DNA from: a bacterium
GTDB taxonomy: Bacteria > JAAXHH01
Assembly (NCBI GenBank): GCA_963693015.1
Contig: OY843748.1
Span: forward strand, 3,651,059 to 3,715,058
Direction of reading: 5' to 3'
Length of the DNA: 64,000 nucleotides
Positions 40,801-48,830 of the stretch are shown here, piece after piece (positions within the stretch are counted from its first letter, which is position 1; the number at the start of each line of letters is the position of its first letter). The notes under the pieces are model-generated. The model was given only the letters and a program-made list of their open reading frames with translations, had not been told where the DNA came from and did no database searches. The position numbers were made by a program, and so were the translations under genes.

Positions 40801-42125
40801 TCAGTTGTTATGTAATCGATTCCAAACTCCGGAATTTCAGTCATGTGTCACTGTCATCTGTAAGGCGAAATCATGGAATAGAAGAGTGGTATCCAGTGAT
40901 GCAGGCCAAGTGCTGGGTATTTGAACGCGTGCTTTCTCTCGGATGGAAGCCTGAGTTGTTCAGCGATTTCGATCGCGATTACGTTGGACATCAGGCAGGA
41001 CGTAGCGAGCACAAAATAGAGCGTTTTGGCAAGAAGTACCAGTGGATGGCTCTCCAGGAGTTGATCGCGCGGGTTGCGGACAACTTTCAAATGACAGAAA
41101 ATATCGACTATCAGGGACCGTGGCAGTTCTTCAGCCGAGACGTCGATCCCACGCTACCCCCTCCCTCTCTTGAACGTATTGAGGATGACAGTTTCAGGTT
41201 GCATTCAACCTTTTCCCCGACCAAAGCGGACCTGTGGTCTCCGCCCGGACCGAGTTATCGTCATAACGACCCGGTGGCAGGAGAAGATTGGGGGACGAAC
41301 ACTGATGATGTACCCGGATTTGAAACACTGATTAGAAATAAGGACGAAGACGGAATCCATTGGGTGGTCTTGCACGCGCACTACAACTGGGATGAAGAAA
41401 TCCCTGAGGGCAAGCACTGGTGGAGCCAGCGTCACCGTAGTTTCTGGTCTCACATTTACAGTTGGCTCGTCCATCCTGCTGATCAGCCAAAGCTTACCCG
41501 GAATCTAAATAGACATTCGTTAAAGGGACGATGGATGCCCGTAGGGCTTGAGCACGCTGACGCAGCATATCTCGGTGAATTGCCATGGGCCAAAGCGGCA
41601 AACTCGCATTCTACAACATCAGATAGGATAAGATGGCCGCATCACCCGATTCAACTCAAACATGACGTCCACCCAACCTGGATCGAGTACCTTTGGGAAG
41701 GTAACGTTCTTGACTGTTCAATAAATGATGGCGTTCACGCTTGGCTACCTACGCCTATCCTATGCACCCAAGCCAAACTCAGATGGCGACCTGGTACTCG
41801 TGAGTGGGTAACGCCTAACGGTACTACAGTGGTCCAGCACTGCGAACGCGAGCGTCACATGGTGTTGTTAGTACGTGAGTCCTGGTTGAAGAGGACAATT
41901 CGACAGACTGGTCATTCTATCGTTTTTGGCTGGCTCGGCGAAAAAAAACTGCTTGAGGCTGGATTTTCTACCGGATTGGTAGGTGATTGGACAGAGATAA
42001 ACGGAATTGCTACGCTGGTAGAAAACCAATGGGATTTTGGGAAACCACGACTGGAAAGACATATAGTCAATCGTCAGGTGGATTCATACGATACCATACA
42101 ACCGGCAGATCATACTTCTGCTTGA
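37836..42125 (+). CDS. STAND-class P-loop NTPase (NACHT-like) with N-terminal PD-(D/E)xK-like domain; candidate antiviral STAND (Avs/bNACHT-like) protein
   Basis: Walker A GEAGQGKTHL (about aa 340) and NACHT-type Walker B LLLIDALNEA (hhhhDxhxE). N-terminal GNPDGGLEWYV...QAKF is consistent with a PD-x(n)-E-x(n)-QxK nuclease core. A roughly 900-aa C-terminal helical region follows. The gene sits in a low-GC insertion. Confidence 0.65.
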   Translation: MPNHPFKFSNIRQWRGSQDQAFEELCYQLRDPTPDNAELVKTGNPDGGLEWYVTLSNGVQWGWQAKFIFKIDMLLQHMKKSLETVVQKRPKCRRLTFCIPFDLPDAPGVNERKSARQKYKDAKERWRERIPGADRVRIELWSEGDLLQRLVRNPAHRGISWFFWDEEVFSPEWCKQRHLKAVNSAGPRYSPELHIDLPVSFAFEGLAQTEDFWERYRARRNAVLTATDDINVSGYTGIGVTGELRTLVQCLKEWRFKVPERVGLPTRLDRNLLVDLTITCLKSANDAFPQDRPRPKRSAATKKQIHNNERRNRLKRYLHDLLAALQDFDDLLLSNAAKAADAGLILLSGEAGQGKTHLYCDVSRRAIENDQPAILIFGGRMSGRHVWSEVAEQLGLEQVGSEYLLGAMQAAAEASNSPFLLLIDALNEAADPHAWREELPALLSEVDQNPWISVGISVRSSYRRIVLPDSGLTDVAEIEHTGFREREIEASEVFFSAFELELPRTPRLEPEFTNPLFLKLYCESLKGLGLSAPQVGGAHMSEVFDWYLECKESQIVSRLKLDPASRPVKAAINAFSEALAKDNRDYLARDRCEQIINGIAPQLYEWPNTLFGQLLSEDVLTKDVTWKGEEAVRFTYQRFSDYRVVSTLLKPYNRDQIRLRQALKPRNRLRNRVLKVPPGWIEALSVQLPERFNIELLDAARWHLRSYTRYQWDEAFVQSISVRRPSAVTERTREVLSQVHRRSGLNELVLETVLTVAPQPEHLLNAKALHRWLKRLPMPTRDVVWSIPTYFEFNRGGALDRLIRWSARGPYPDCPDEAVELAAIPLIWTFTSPNRRMRDYVTKCLSSLLSERLSVLPALIRKFDGCNDPYVVERLAVVSHGAVLSGGICNPQAAVSIAVGLKKVAFAEDQIPNIITRDAVRGVYEWCIQHGLIDDAQYTSVQPPYGSAPPKTPRTKEQLERQYDQQRYVGVTARWPYSRVFNSVFSDDFSCYVIDSKLRNFSHVSLSSVRRNHGIEEWYPVMQAKCWVFERVLSLGWKPELFSDFDRDYVGHQAGRSEHKIERFGKKYQWMALQELIARVADNFQMTENIDYQGPWQFFSRDVDPTLPPPSLERIEDDSFRLHSTFSPTKADLWSPPGPSYRHNDPVAGEDWGTNTDDVPGFETLIRNKDEDGIHWVVLHAHYNWDEEIPEGKHWWSQRHRSFWSHIYSWLVHPADQPKLTRNLNRHSLKGRWMPVGLEHADAAYLGELPWAKAANSHSTTSDRIRWPHHPIQLKHDVHPTWIEYLWEGNVLDCSINDGVHAWLPTPILCTQAKLRWRPGTREWVTPNGTTVVQHCERERHMVLLVRESWLKRTIRQTGHSIVFGWLGEKKLLEAGFSTGLVGDWTEINGIATLVENQWDFGKPRLERHIVNRQVDSYDTIQPADHTSA

Positions 42126-42291
42126 TTGTAAGGGAAAGCAACCGAGAGACTTAGTTCGCTATAAATGATGAAATTGACTTCGAGAATACAATCTCCTCTT
42201 CGACTGAAGAACATAAGACAAAGAAGAAATGCTCCAGCGCAATCTCAGACTTTTTAAAGTACTATCGGGTCTAAAGTAAAGGGGCAGTCCG

Positions 42292-43470
42292 ATGCCATTC
42301 ATAGAACGCCTTCGCTTAGGCGGCCTGCTGTCTTTTCCTCCGGACATGGAGTTCTTCGACTTACGCCCTCTGAACGTCCTGATTGGTCCGAACGCGTCGG
42401 GGAAATCCAACTTCATAGAGGCGCTGGAACTGCTACGGGCCTTGCCTGTGGACTTCGCCGCCGCGATCCGGGACGGCGGCGGTGCGGAAGAGTGGTTGTG
42501 GAAAGGCGATCATCCACCCGCCCCCGCGGCAATAGAAGTGGAAACCGGTCCCGGCATGGAAACCGGTCGACATTTAGAGTATCGTCTGTCGTTCACCGCA
42601 GCGGGCCAGCGGGTCCGGATCCTCGACGAGGCCATCGAAGAGGCGCCTGCACAACAGGCATCCGAGCCGTACTTCCACTACACGTTTCAACAAGGACGCC
42701 CGGTAATCAATGTTCGAACGCCCGGTGGACAAGTATCCGAGAGACAGGTAAAGTGGGATAATCCTTCGCTGGATCAATCCGTTCTTGCACAAAGAAAAGA
42801 CGCTTATCGTTATCCGGAACTTTACTGGCTTGGTTTGCGATTCCAATCGATCCAGACGTTCCGGGAATGGACGTTTGGTCGTTACGGCTCGCTCCGACGG
42901 CCGCAACGAGCCGATCTCCCGGAGAACCGGCTACTTCCCGATTCTGGTAATCTTCCGTTGGTCCTCAACCACATTGAGCATACGACCGGCGTGGTCTTCA
43001 ATGAACATCTGAAACGGTTCTTCCCCCGATTCGAGCGGATGTCCACGTCGATCTCGGGGGGCACCGTGCATTTCTACCTGCACGAATCCGGCTTCGGCAC
43101 GCCGATCCCCGCAACGCGGCTGTCCGACGGCACCATCAGATTCATCGCGCTGCTGGCCACTCTGCTTACCCCGACGCCTCCATCGCTGGTATGCATCGAG
43201 GAACCCGAACTCGGACTGCATCCCGACGCAGTGGCGCTGCTCGCCGACCTGCTGGTTGAAGCCTCCGACCGGATGCAACTCGTGATCACTACGCATTCCG
43301 ATGCCCTGGTGTCGGCGCTGACCAATCAACCAGAGGCCATCGTCGCCTGTGAACGCCCCGGGGCCGCCACCGAGTTGCGCCGCCTCGACGCGGAACGCCT
43401 GGCCGGTTGGCTTGAGAAGTATCAACTAGGCGACCTGTGGCGCATGGGCGAGATCGGGGCAAACCCTTGA
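42292..43470 (+). CDS. AAA_21/ABC-type ATPase (OLD/PtuA/AriA-like defence ATPase family)
   Basis: Walker A LIGPNASGKSNFIEAL, Walker B LVCIEEPELGLHP, and a split ABC ATPase with a long insertion. Confidence 0.75.
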   Translation: MPFIERLRLGGLLSFPPDMEFFDLRPLNVLIGPNASGKSNFIEALELLRALPVDFAAAIRDGGGAEEWLWKGDHPPAPAAIEVETGPGMETGRHLEYRLSFTAAGQRVRILDEAIEEAPAQQASEPYFHYTFQQGRPVINVRTPGGQVSERQVKWDNPSLDQSVLAQRKDAYRYPELYWLGLRFQSIQTFREWTFGRYGSLRRPQRADLPENRLLPDSGNLPLVLNHIEHTTGVVFNEHLKRFFPRFERMSTSISGGTVHFYLHESGFGTPIPATRLSDGTIRFIALLATLLTPTPPSLVCIEEPELGLHPDAVALLADLLVEASDRMQLVITTHSDALVSALTNQPEAIVACERPGAATELRRLDAERLAGWLEKYQLGDLWRMGEIGANP

Positions 43471-44105
43471 GGAGGAGTGTCAGCATCTATCTTGAAGGCG
43501 GAGGCGATACTTCTGGTACGAGGGCGGCGCTCCGCCATGGAATGGATACGTTCCTTCAGCCGCTGAAGCAAGCGGCCAGGGACAAGGCGCTACGTTGGAA
43601 ACTGGTCGCCTGCGGTACGCGCAGGGAAGCTTACAAAGGGTTTCGAAACGCTATACACGATCTTGAAAGAGATGAGGTCGTCGTCTTACTGGTGGACGCG
43701 GAAGGACCGGTAAACCGGTCGGCGTCCGAACACCTGCGAAACCGCGATGGTTGGGATTTCAGCCTTGCTTCAGACTACGGGGTTCAACCTGACGACGTGG
43801 TACATCTTATGGTGGAGACGATGGAAACCTGGATCGTGGCGGATCCGCACACGTTAGGCGTTTACTACGGCCAGGGATTCAGGACAAATGCACTACCCAA
43901 AGCGCAGAACCTTGAAACCGTTACCAGGATTGATGTCGCGCACAGTTTGAAGGAGGCGACAAGGCAGACCCGGAAAGGATCATATCACAAGATCAAACAC
44001 GCGAGCGACCTTTTGCGGCGGATCGACGTGGAAAAAGTAAAGCGACGCTGTCGTCACTGCCGGTTGCTGTTCGAGAGACTCGGGCCACTGGTCGACGCGG
44101 CCTGA
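43437..44105 (+). CDS. DUF4276-family protein (partner of AAA_21 ATPases)
   Basis: SIYLEGGGD near the N-terminus matches the family (i-hVEG..D signature). The more likely start is the TTG at 43467, overlapping the ATPase stop (TTGA), which suggests translational coupling. Confidence 0.6.
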   Translation: MAHGRDRGKPLRRSVSIYLEGGGDTSGTRAALRHGMDTFLQPLKQAARDKALRWKLVACGTRREAYKGFRNAIHDLERDEVVVLLVDAEGPVNRSASEHLRNRDGWDFSLASDYGVQPDDVVHLMVETMETWIVADPHTLGVYYGQGFRTNALPKAQNLETVTRIDVAHSLKEATRQTRKGSYHKIKHASDLLRRIDVEKVKRRCRHCRLLFERLGPLVDAA

Positions 44106-44372
44106 AATCCTGGATCAGGGGGCTTTGGTACCGTCAGCAGGTCGGCGCGGGCCAAGTCCAAAGTGAACGTGTTCCGAAGTCGTTTTCTCCTGCATCCTGT
44201 CGCCCGCCTCATGTTTGCTTCCACTTCGGATCGTGCAGCCCCCGTTGTCACACGGTGTCACACAACCGGGAAGGTCGGATGGATGGGCGGAAACCCCCGT
44301 TTCCGTCACTTTGATGACGATCAGGCACTGGCTCATGATCCTTGCCCCTTCGCAATCTGCTGAAAACGTTAC

Positions 44373-44399
44373 TTGACCATCCGCGATTTCATCTATAAT
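44373..44399 (+). promoter_or_regulatory. sigma70-like promoter candidate (TTGACC - 15 nt - TATAAT) upstream of the halogenase/RiPP operon
   Basis: Perfect -10 hexamer 37 nt upstream of ATG 44436. The RBS AAAGGA is 8 nt before the start. The spacer is short (15 nt). Confidence 0.4.
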
Positions 44400-44435
44400 T
44401 AGAAAAACTGACCGATACCTGCGAAAGGACGTGGG

Positions 44436-45716
44436 ATGATACGGCCGGGCGCTGAATCGTTGCGGAAGATCGCGGTCATCGGACAGGGAACCGCGGGCTC
44501 CCTGGCGGCCGCCAGTGTAACGCGTCTTCTCTCCGACGACGACCACGAACTGCATCACATCTACGACTCGCGCATTCCGGTCATCGGCGTGGGCGAAGGC
44601 AGTTGGCCGAGTCTGGTACAGGAACTGCACCAGCTGACGAATCTGCCCCACGCAACCGTCCAGCGGCGCTTGAACGGAACCCGCAAGTACGGCGTCGCAT
44701 TCGAGGGATGGGGGTGCCGCAGCCGGGATTTCACCCACTACTTCACGCCGCAACAGGTATCCTATGCCTACCATTTGTCCGCCGACGTGCTGGCGGAGCT
44801 GTTGCGCGAAAGCACGCGCGCGCGCCACGTCGACGCGAACGTGCGCGACATCAAAACCCTGGAGGACGGCGCGCAAGTCGAGTTCGACGGCCGGGCGCCG
44901 GAACGCTACGACCTGGTCTTCGATGCGCGCGGATTCCCGAAAGAACTCCATCCCGACCGGCACATCGACATTTCCTTCATTCCCACCAATACGGCCGTCA
45001 TCCGGCGCTGCCCGGCCGTCATCGCGGAAGAGCGGGACGGGCCGGTCGTGAAGCATACCTACACCCGTGCCGTTGCACGTCCCCACGGCTGGATATTCGT
45101 CATTCCGCTGACGGTGCACACCTCCTACGGGTACATCTTCAACCGCGATATATCCAGCCTCGAAGAAGTCGAATCGGACTTCGACGCCTTCCTTGAAGCC
45201 GATGGCGTGCCGGAATTCGAGCAGCGCGCCGTCATTCCGTTTCCCAACTTCATCCATCGCCGGATCTACGATGGCGCCGTGGCCCGCGTTGGCAACGCGG
45301 CGGCCTTCATGGAGCCCCTGGAGGCCACGGCGATCGTATCTGCCCAGCTGCAAATCGGGATGGTGTTGCAGACGCGTCTGAACCGGCCGGCAGAGCATCT
45401 CGCGCCCGACGCGCCGGTGGTCAACCGGTTTCTCGTCGACAACATGCTCTGCTACGGCCTGTTCGTCGGCTGGCACTATTGCCGTGGCTCCAGGTACGAC
45501 ACCACGTTCTGGCGTCACGCCCGAAACGACGTGTGGCCCCGTCACCGCGACGCGGCAGCGCCCGAGGCGGTGGATTGCGCCGCACTCGGCAAATTCGATG
45601 GGATGTTCGAGCTACTGAATCAACCGGTCATCGACAAATCGGATTGGGACCGGATGTGCGCGGTACCGCTTACCAGCTACGCCCAGGTGTCCCAGGGGCT
45701 GGGCTGCCAAAAGTGA
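44436..45716 (+). CDS. flavin-dependent halogenase (tryptophan-halogenase family, PF04820-like)
   Basis: N-terminal KIAVIGQGTAGSLAA (GxGxxG) and the GWIFVIPL motif (the WxWxIP signature of FADH2-dependent halogenases). Size is about 426 aa. Confidence 0.8.
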   Translation: MIRPGAESLRKIAVIGQGTAGSLAAASVTRLLSDDDHELHHIYDSRIPVIGVGEGSWPSLVQELHQLTNLPHATVQRRLNGTRKYGVAFEGWGCRSRDFTHYFTPQQVSYAYHLSADVLAELLRESTRARHVDANVRDIKTLEDGAQVEFDGRAPERYDLVFDARGFPKELHPDRHIDISFIPTNTAVIRRCPAVIAEERDGPVVKHTYTRAVARPHGWIFVIPLTVHTSYGYIFNRDISSLEEVESDFDAFLEADGVPEFEQRAVIPFPNFIHRRIYDGAVARVGNAAAFMEPLEATAIVSAQLQIGMVLQTRLNRPAEHLAPDAPVVNRFLVDNMLCYGLFVGWHYCRGSRYDTTFWRHARNDVWPRHRDAAAPEAVDCAALGKFDGMFELLNQPVIDKSDWDRMCAVPLTSYAQVSQGLGCQK

Positions 45717-45809
45717 CATTACTTGATTCGGGATGCGTATAACTTCATATTATATATCTAAATAAAGTAGTTTTGACTTGCTCGACAACCGGGAGGCATT
45801 GCTACAGTC

Positions 45810-46514
45810 GTGTTCAACAATCCATTAAACTCATTCCATGATACCGTTGCCGAAGCGAAGGAAGAGCGGGAACAGCTCGACCGGTTGCTGACGATTTCCA
45901 CGCCGCGGGAGCGTCTGCTCGTCGTCGCGATCGCGGTTGTGCTGTGCGTCACGCTGGCATGGCTTTTCTATGGCAGCGTAGCGCATAGTATTGCGGTGGA
46001 CGGCGTACTGTCCGCATCCGGGCTAGTCGAAGCCCCGTCCGGTCAAGTCGAAGTCCCGGCCGAGCGGGGCGAAAACGGGTCCGTTCAAGTCGAAGCCCCT
46101 GCCGGGCAAGGCGAAAAATCGACCGTTCAAGTCGAAGCCCCTGCCGGGCAAGGCGAAAAATCGACCGTTCAAGTCGAAGCCCCGGCCGAAGGCAGCCGGT
46201 CCGTGCAGGCCCTCGCCTGGATCGACGGCGGTATCGCGCCGCAGATCGAAGCCGGGATGCCGGTGGTGATCGAGCCGGATCCGGCAGATGGAGAACCCGG
46301 CGCGCTGGGCGGAACGGTCCGGGCGATCTCCGCCGTGCCCTTTGCCGGGGCGCTGGCGGCCTTCGAATCCGGGGCGCCGGCGTCCGTGCACCGTATCGAT
46401 ATCGCCCTCGAAGAGAGTCTTGATCCGGATTCCCTTGCGGGCAGGAAATGCCGGATCGTCATCGAGCTGGGCAGGCAATCTCCGATCACGCTGTTTCGAA
46501 TGAGGCGGCCATAG
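45810..46514 (+). CDS. HlyD-like membrane-fusion/secretion protein, unusually short (NHLM bacteriocin-system type)
   Basis: Cytoplasmic N-terminus, a single TM (LLVVAIAVVLCVTLAWLFYG) and a C-terminal beta-rich region. The coiled-coil region is replaced by VQVEAPAGQGEKST repeats. Start is a GTG. Confidence 0.55.
   Translation: MFNNPLNSFHDTVAEAKEEREQLDRLLTISTPRERLLVVAIAVVLCVTLAWLFYGSVAHSIAVDGVLSASGLVEAPSGQVEVPAERGENGSVQVEAPAGQGEKSTVQVEAPAGQGEKSTVQVEAPAEGSRSVQALAWIDGGIAPQIEAGMPVVIEPDPADGEPGALGGTVRAISAVPFAGALAAFESGAPASVHRIDIALEESLDPDSLAGRKCRIVIELGRQSPITLFRMRRP
46039..46206. repeat. 42-bp tandem repeat x4 (two perfect copies) encoding (S)VQVEAPAGQGEKST
   Basis: Seen directly. Perfect copies are 46081-46122 and 46123-46164. 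Confidence 0.85.
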
Positions 46515-46588
46515 GATGTCGAAGCGCATATCCACGGCCAGGCGTCGAAGCGCCAGGTCCTCCAGAACTCGAATGAGGCAACCATAGG

Positions 46589-48802
46589 ATGTCGACGAGC
46601 ACCTCCAGGGGAGCCAGAGGCAAGGCCTCCTCGGATAAATCAGACCAGCGGGTAACCACGCCGATTCTGTTGCAGATGCACGCTTCAGAATGCGGCGCCG
46701 CCTGTCTGGGCATCGTACTGGCCCACTTCGGGAGATGGGTACCGCTTACCGAACTGCGCGAGAAATGCGAGGTGAGCCGGGACGGCAGCAGCGCCGCAAG
46801 CATCCTGCGTGCCTCCAGGCACTATGGGCTCGAATGCAACGGGCTCAGCGTACGCGTCGATCAACTGCACATGCTGCCGTTGCCCCTGATCCTGTTCTGG
46901 CAGTTCAGCCATTTCGTCGTCCTCGAGGGATTCGATGGCCGTAACTTCTACCTCAACGACCCTGCCACGGGACGCCGCCGCCTTTCCGCCGAAGAGTTCG
47001 AGTCGGGCTACAGCGGCATAGCGCTTCGCTTCAAGCGCGGCAAAGACTTCGAGTCCGGTGGCGAGCAGCCCGACTTGTTCCGGCAACTGGGCGCCTTGCT
47101 CGCCGGATCGTGGAGATCGCTTGCCGGGGTGTTTGCCTGCGGACTCATGTTGACGTTGCTGACGCTGATCATTCCCGCGTCGATCGGTGCCTTCGTCGAC
47201 GACGTCATGGAAACGCAAGGGGCCTGGGGCGGTTTGGTGACCGCCCTGCTTGGCGGCGGCGCCCTGGTATACGTCCTTTCCCTGCTCAAGAACCGGTTCC
47301 TCAAGCGGCTCGCGGTCAGGGTGTCGGTGACCGGCTACAGCCGCGGGATGTCGCGGCTGCTGCGGTTGCCGGTGGAGTTTTTCGAACACAGGCTGACGGG
47401 CGATCTGACCGACCGGGTCTCGTCCACCGACCGGATCGCGAAGAACCTGGCGGACCAGTTCCTGGTGCTCATCATCGACGTGGCCATGAGCCTGGTGTTC
47501 CTCGCGGCGATGTTCGCCTTCGACGTCCTGCTCACGCTGATCGTGCTTTTGCTGGCGCTGCTGCACGGTCTGCTGGCCCACTTCCTCAACGCCCTTCGGG
47601 CCGTTCGAAGTCAGGCGATGCGGCGCGAGCAGGGACTGCTGATCGGCCTCGGCATGCAGATGCTGAGTCACGCCGACAATCTGCGCATGACGGGCGCGGA
47701 CGATCGGTTTTTCTCGCGCTGGAGCGGTCAACAGGCCCGCGAACTGCGCGCGCGCCAGCTCTATGCCGAACTGGGCGCCGTCAATACCTCGCTTCCGGGC
47801 CTGGTCGACGCCCTGCGCAGCGCGGCGATACTCGCCATCGGCGGCAGCATGGTCCTGAACGGAGCCATGACCCTGGGGACGCTGGTCGCCTTCTACATCC
47901 TGGCGGAGATGTTCCTGACGCCCGTCGAGCGCTTCCTGGCCTTCGCCGAAAACCGCCAGGCGCTCGAAACCGATCTGCAACGACTCGAGGACGTCTCCAG
48001 GACCGATGAAGATCCCGTTTTCAGCCGCAGAAGCCAGGAGTCGGAATCGGTCCCCACGTTCAACGGCCGGCTCCAACTCGCGGGCCAGCTCGAACTGCGG
48101 AACGTCACCTTCGGTTTCAACAGGAGCCGGCCGCCCCTGATAAAGGACTTCAACCTCGTGATCAAGCCGGGACAGCGGGTCGCCGTGGTCGGTCCCAGCG
48201 GTTCCGGCAAGTCGACGCTGGCGCGGCTGGTTTCGGGGGTCTATCAGCCCTGGTCGGGCGAAATCCTGTTCGACGAGGGCCATCTGCGGGATCAGATCCC
48301 GGAGGAAGTGCTGCGGCAGTCCATATCCATGGTGGATCAGGAGGTCGTGCTCTTCTCCGCGTCCCTGCGCGACAATATCACGCTGTGGAACCCGGCCGTT
48401 CCGGATGAAGTCCTCTTCGCCGCGACGCGGGACGCCCGGATCCACGACGAAATCCTGGTCAGACCGCAGGGATACGCGTCCCTCGTCGAAGAAGGCGGGG
48501 CGAATTTCAGCGGCGGCCAGCGGCAACGGCTGGAAATCGCCCGCGCGCTGGTGGGGAACCCGACGGTGCTCATTCTGGACGAGGCCACCAGCGCCCTCGA
48601 TGCCGCGACGGAGGAATACGTCGACGATGCCCTGCGGCGTCGCGGCGTCACCTGCCTGATCGTGGCGCACCGGCTGAGCACCGTGCGGGACTGCGATGAG
48701 ATCATCGTGCTCGACAAAGGCGCCACCGTGCAACGCGGCACGCACGACGAGTTGATCGCGGATCGGAACGGCGCCTACTACAACCTGGTCAGATCGAACT
48801 GA
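46589..48802 (+). CDS. peptidase-C39 domain ABC exporter (double-glycine leader-cleaving bacteriocin/RiPP transporter)
   Basis: N-terminal QMHASECGAACLGIVL (C39 catalytic Cys) and HFVVLEGFDG (His). Six TM helices, Walker A GPSGSGKST and signature LSGGQRQRLEIARAL. Confidence 0.85.
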   Translation: MSTSTSRGARGKASSDKSDQRVTTPILLQMHASECGAACLGIVLAHFGRWVPLTELREKCEVSRDGSSAASILRASRHYGLECNGLSVRVDQLHMLPLPLILFWQFSHFVVLEGFDGRNFYLNDPATGRRRLSAEEFESGYSGIALRFKRGKDFESGGEQPDLFRQLGALLAGSWRSLAGVFACGLMLTLLTLIIPASIGAFVDDVMETQGAWGGLVTALLGGGALVYVLSLLKNRFLKRLAVRVSVTGYSRGMSRLLRLPVEFFEHRLTGDLTDRVSSTDRIAKNLADQFLVLIIDVAMSLVFLAAMFAFDVLLTLIVLLLALLHGLLAHFLNALRAVRSQAMRREQGLLIGLGMQMLSHADNLRMTGADDRFFSRWSGQQARELRARQLYAELGAVNTSLPGLVDALRSAAILAIGGSMVLNGAMTLGTLVAFYILAEMFLTPVERFLAFAENRQALETDLQRLEDVSRTDEDPVFSRRSQESESVPTFNGRLQLAGQLELRNVTFGFNRSRPPLIKDFNLVIKPGQRVAVVGPSGSGKSTLARLVSGVYQPWSGEILFDEGHLRDQIPEEVLRQSISMVDQEVVLFSASLRDNITLWNPAVPDEVLFAATRDARIHDEILVRPQGYASLVEEGGANFSGGQRQRLEIARALVGNPTVLILDEATSALDAATEEYVDDALRRRGVTCLIVAHRLSTVRDCDEIIVLDKGATVQRGTHDELIADRNGAYYNLVRSN

Positions 48803-48830
48803 CGCGGCAAACGGAGCCGGAATACAGACC

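Noticed and set aside
44163-44363. 66-aa ORF in the 330-bp gap between DUF4276 and the halogenase gene.
   Set aside because: No RBS, odd composition. The region is better explained as the promoter/operator region (TGTCACAC direct repeats, TTGACC/TATAAT).
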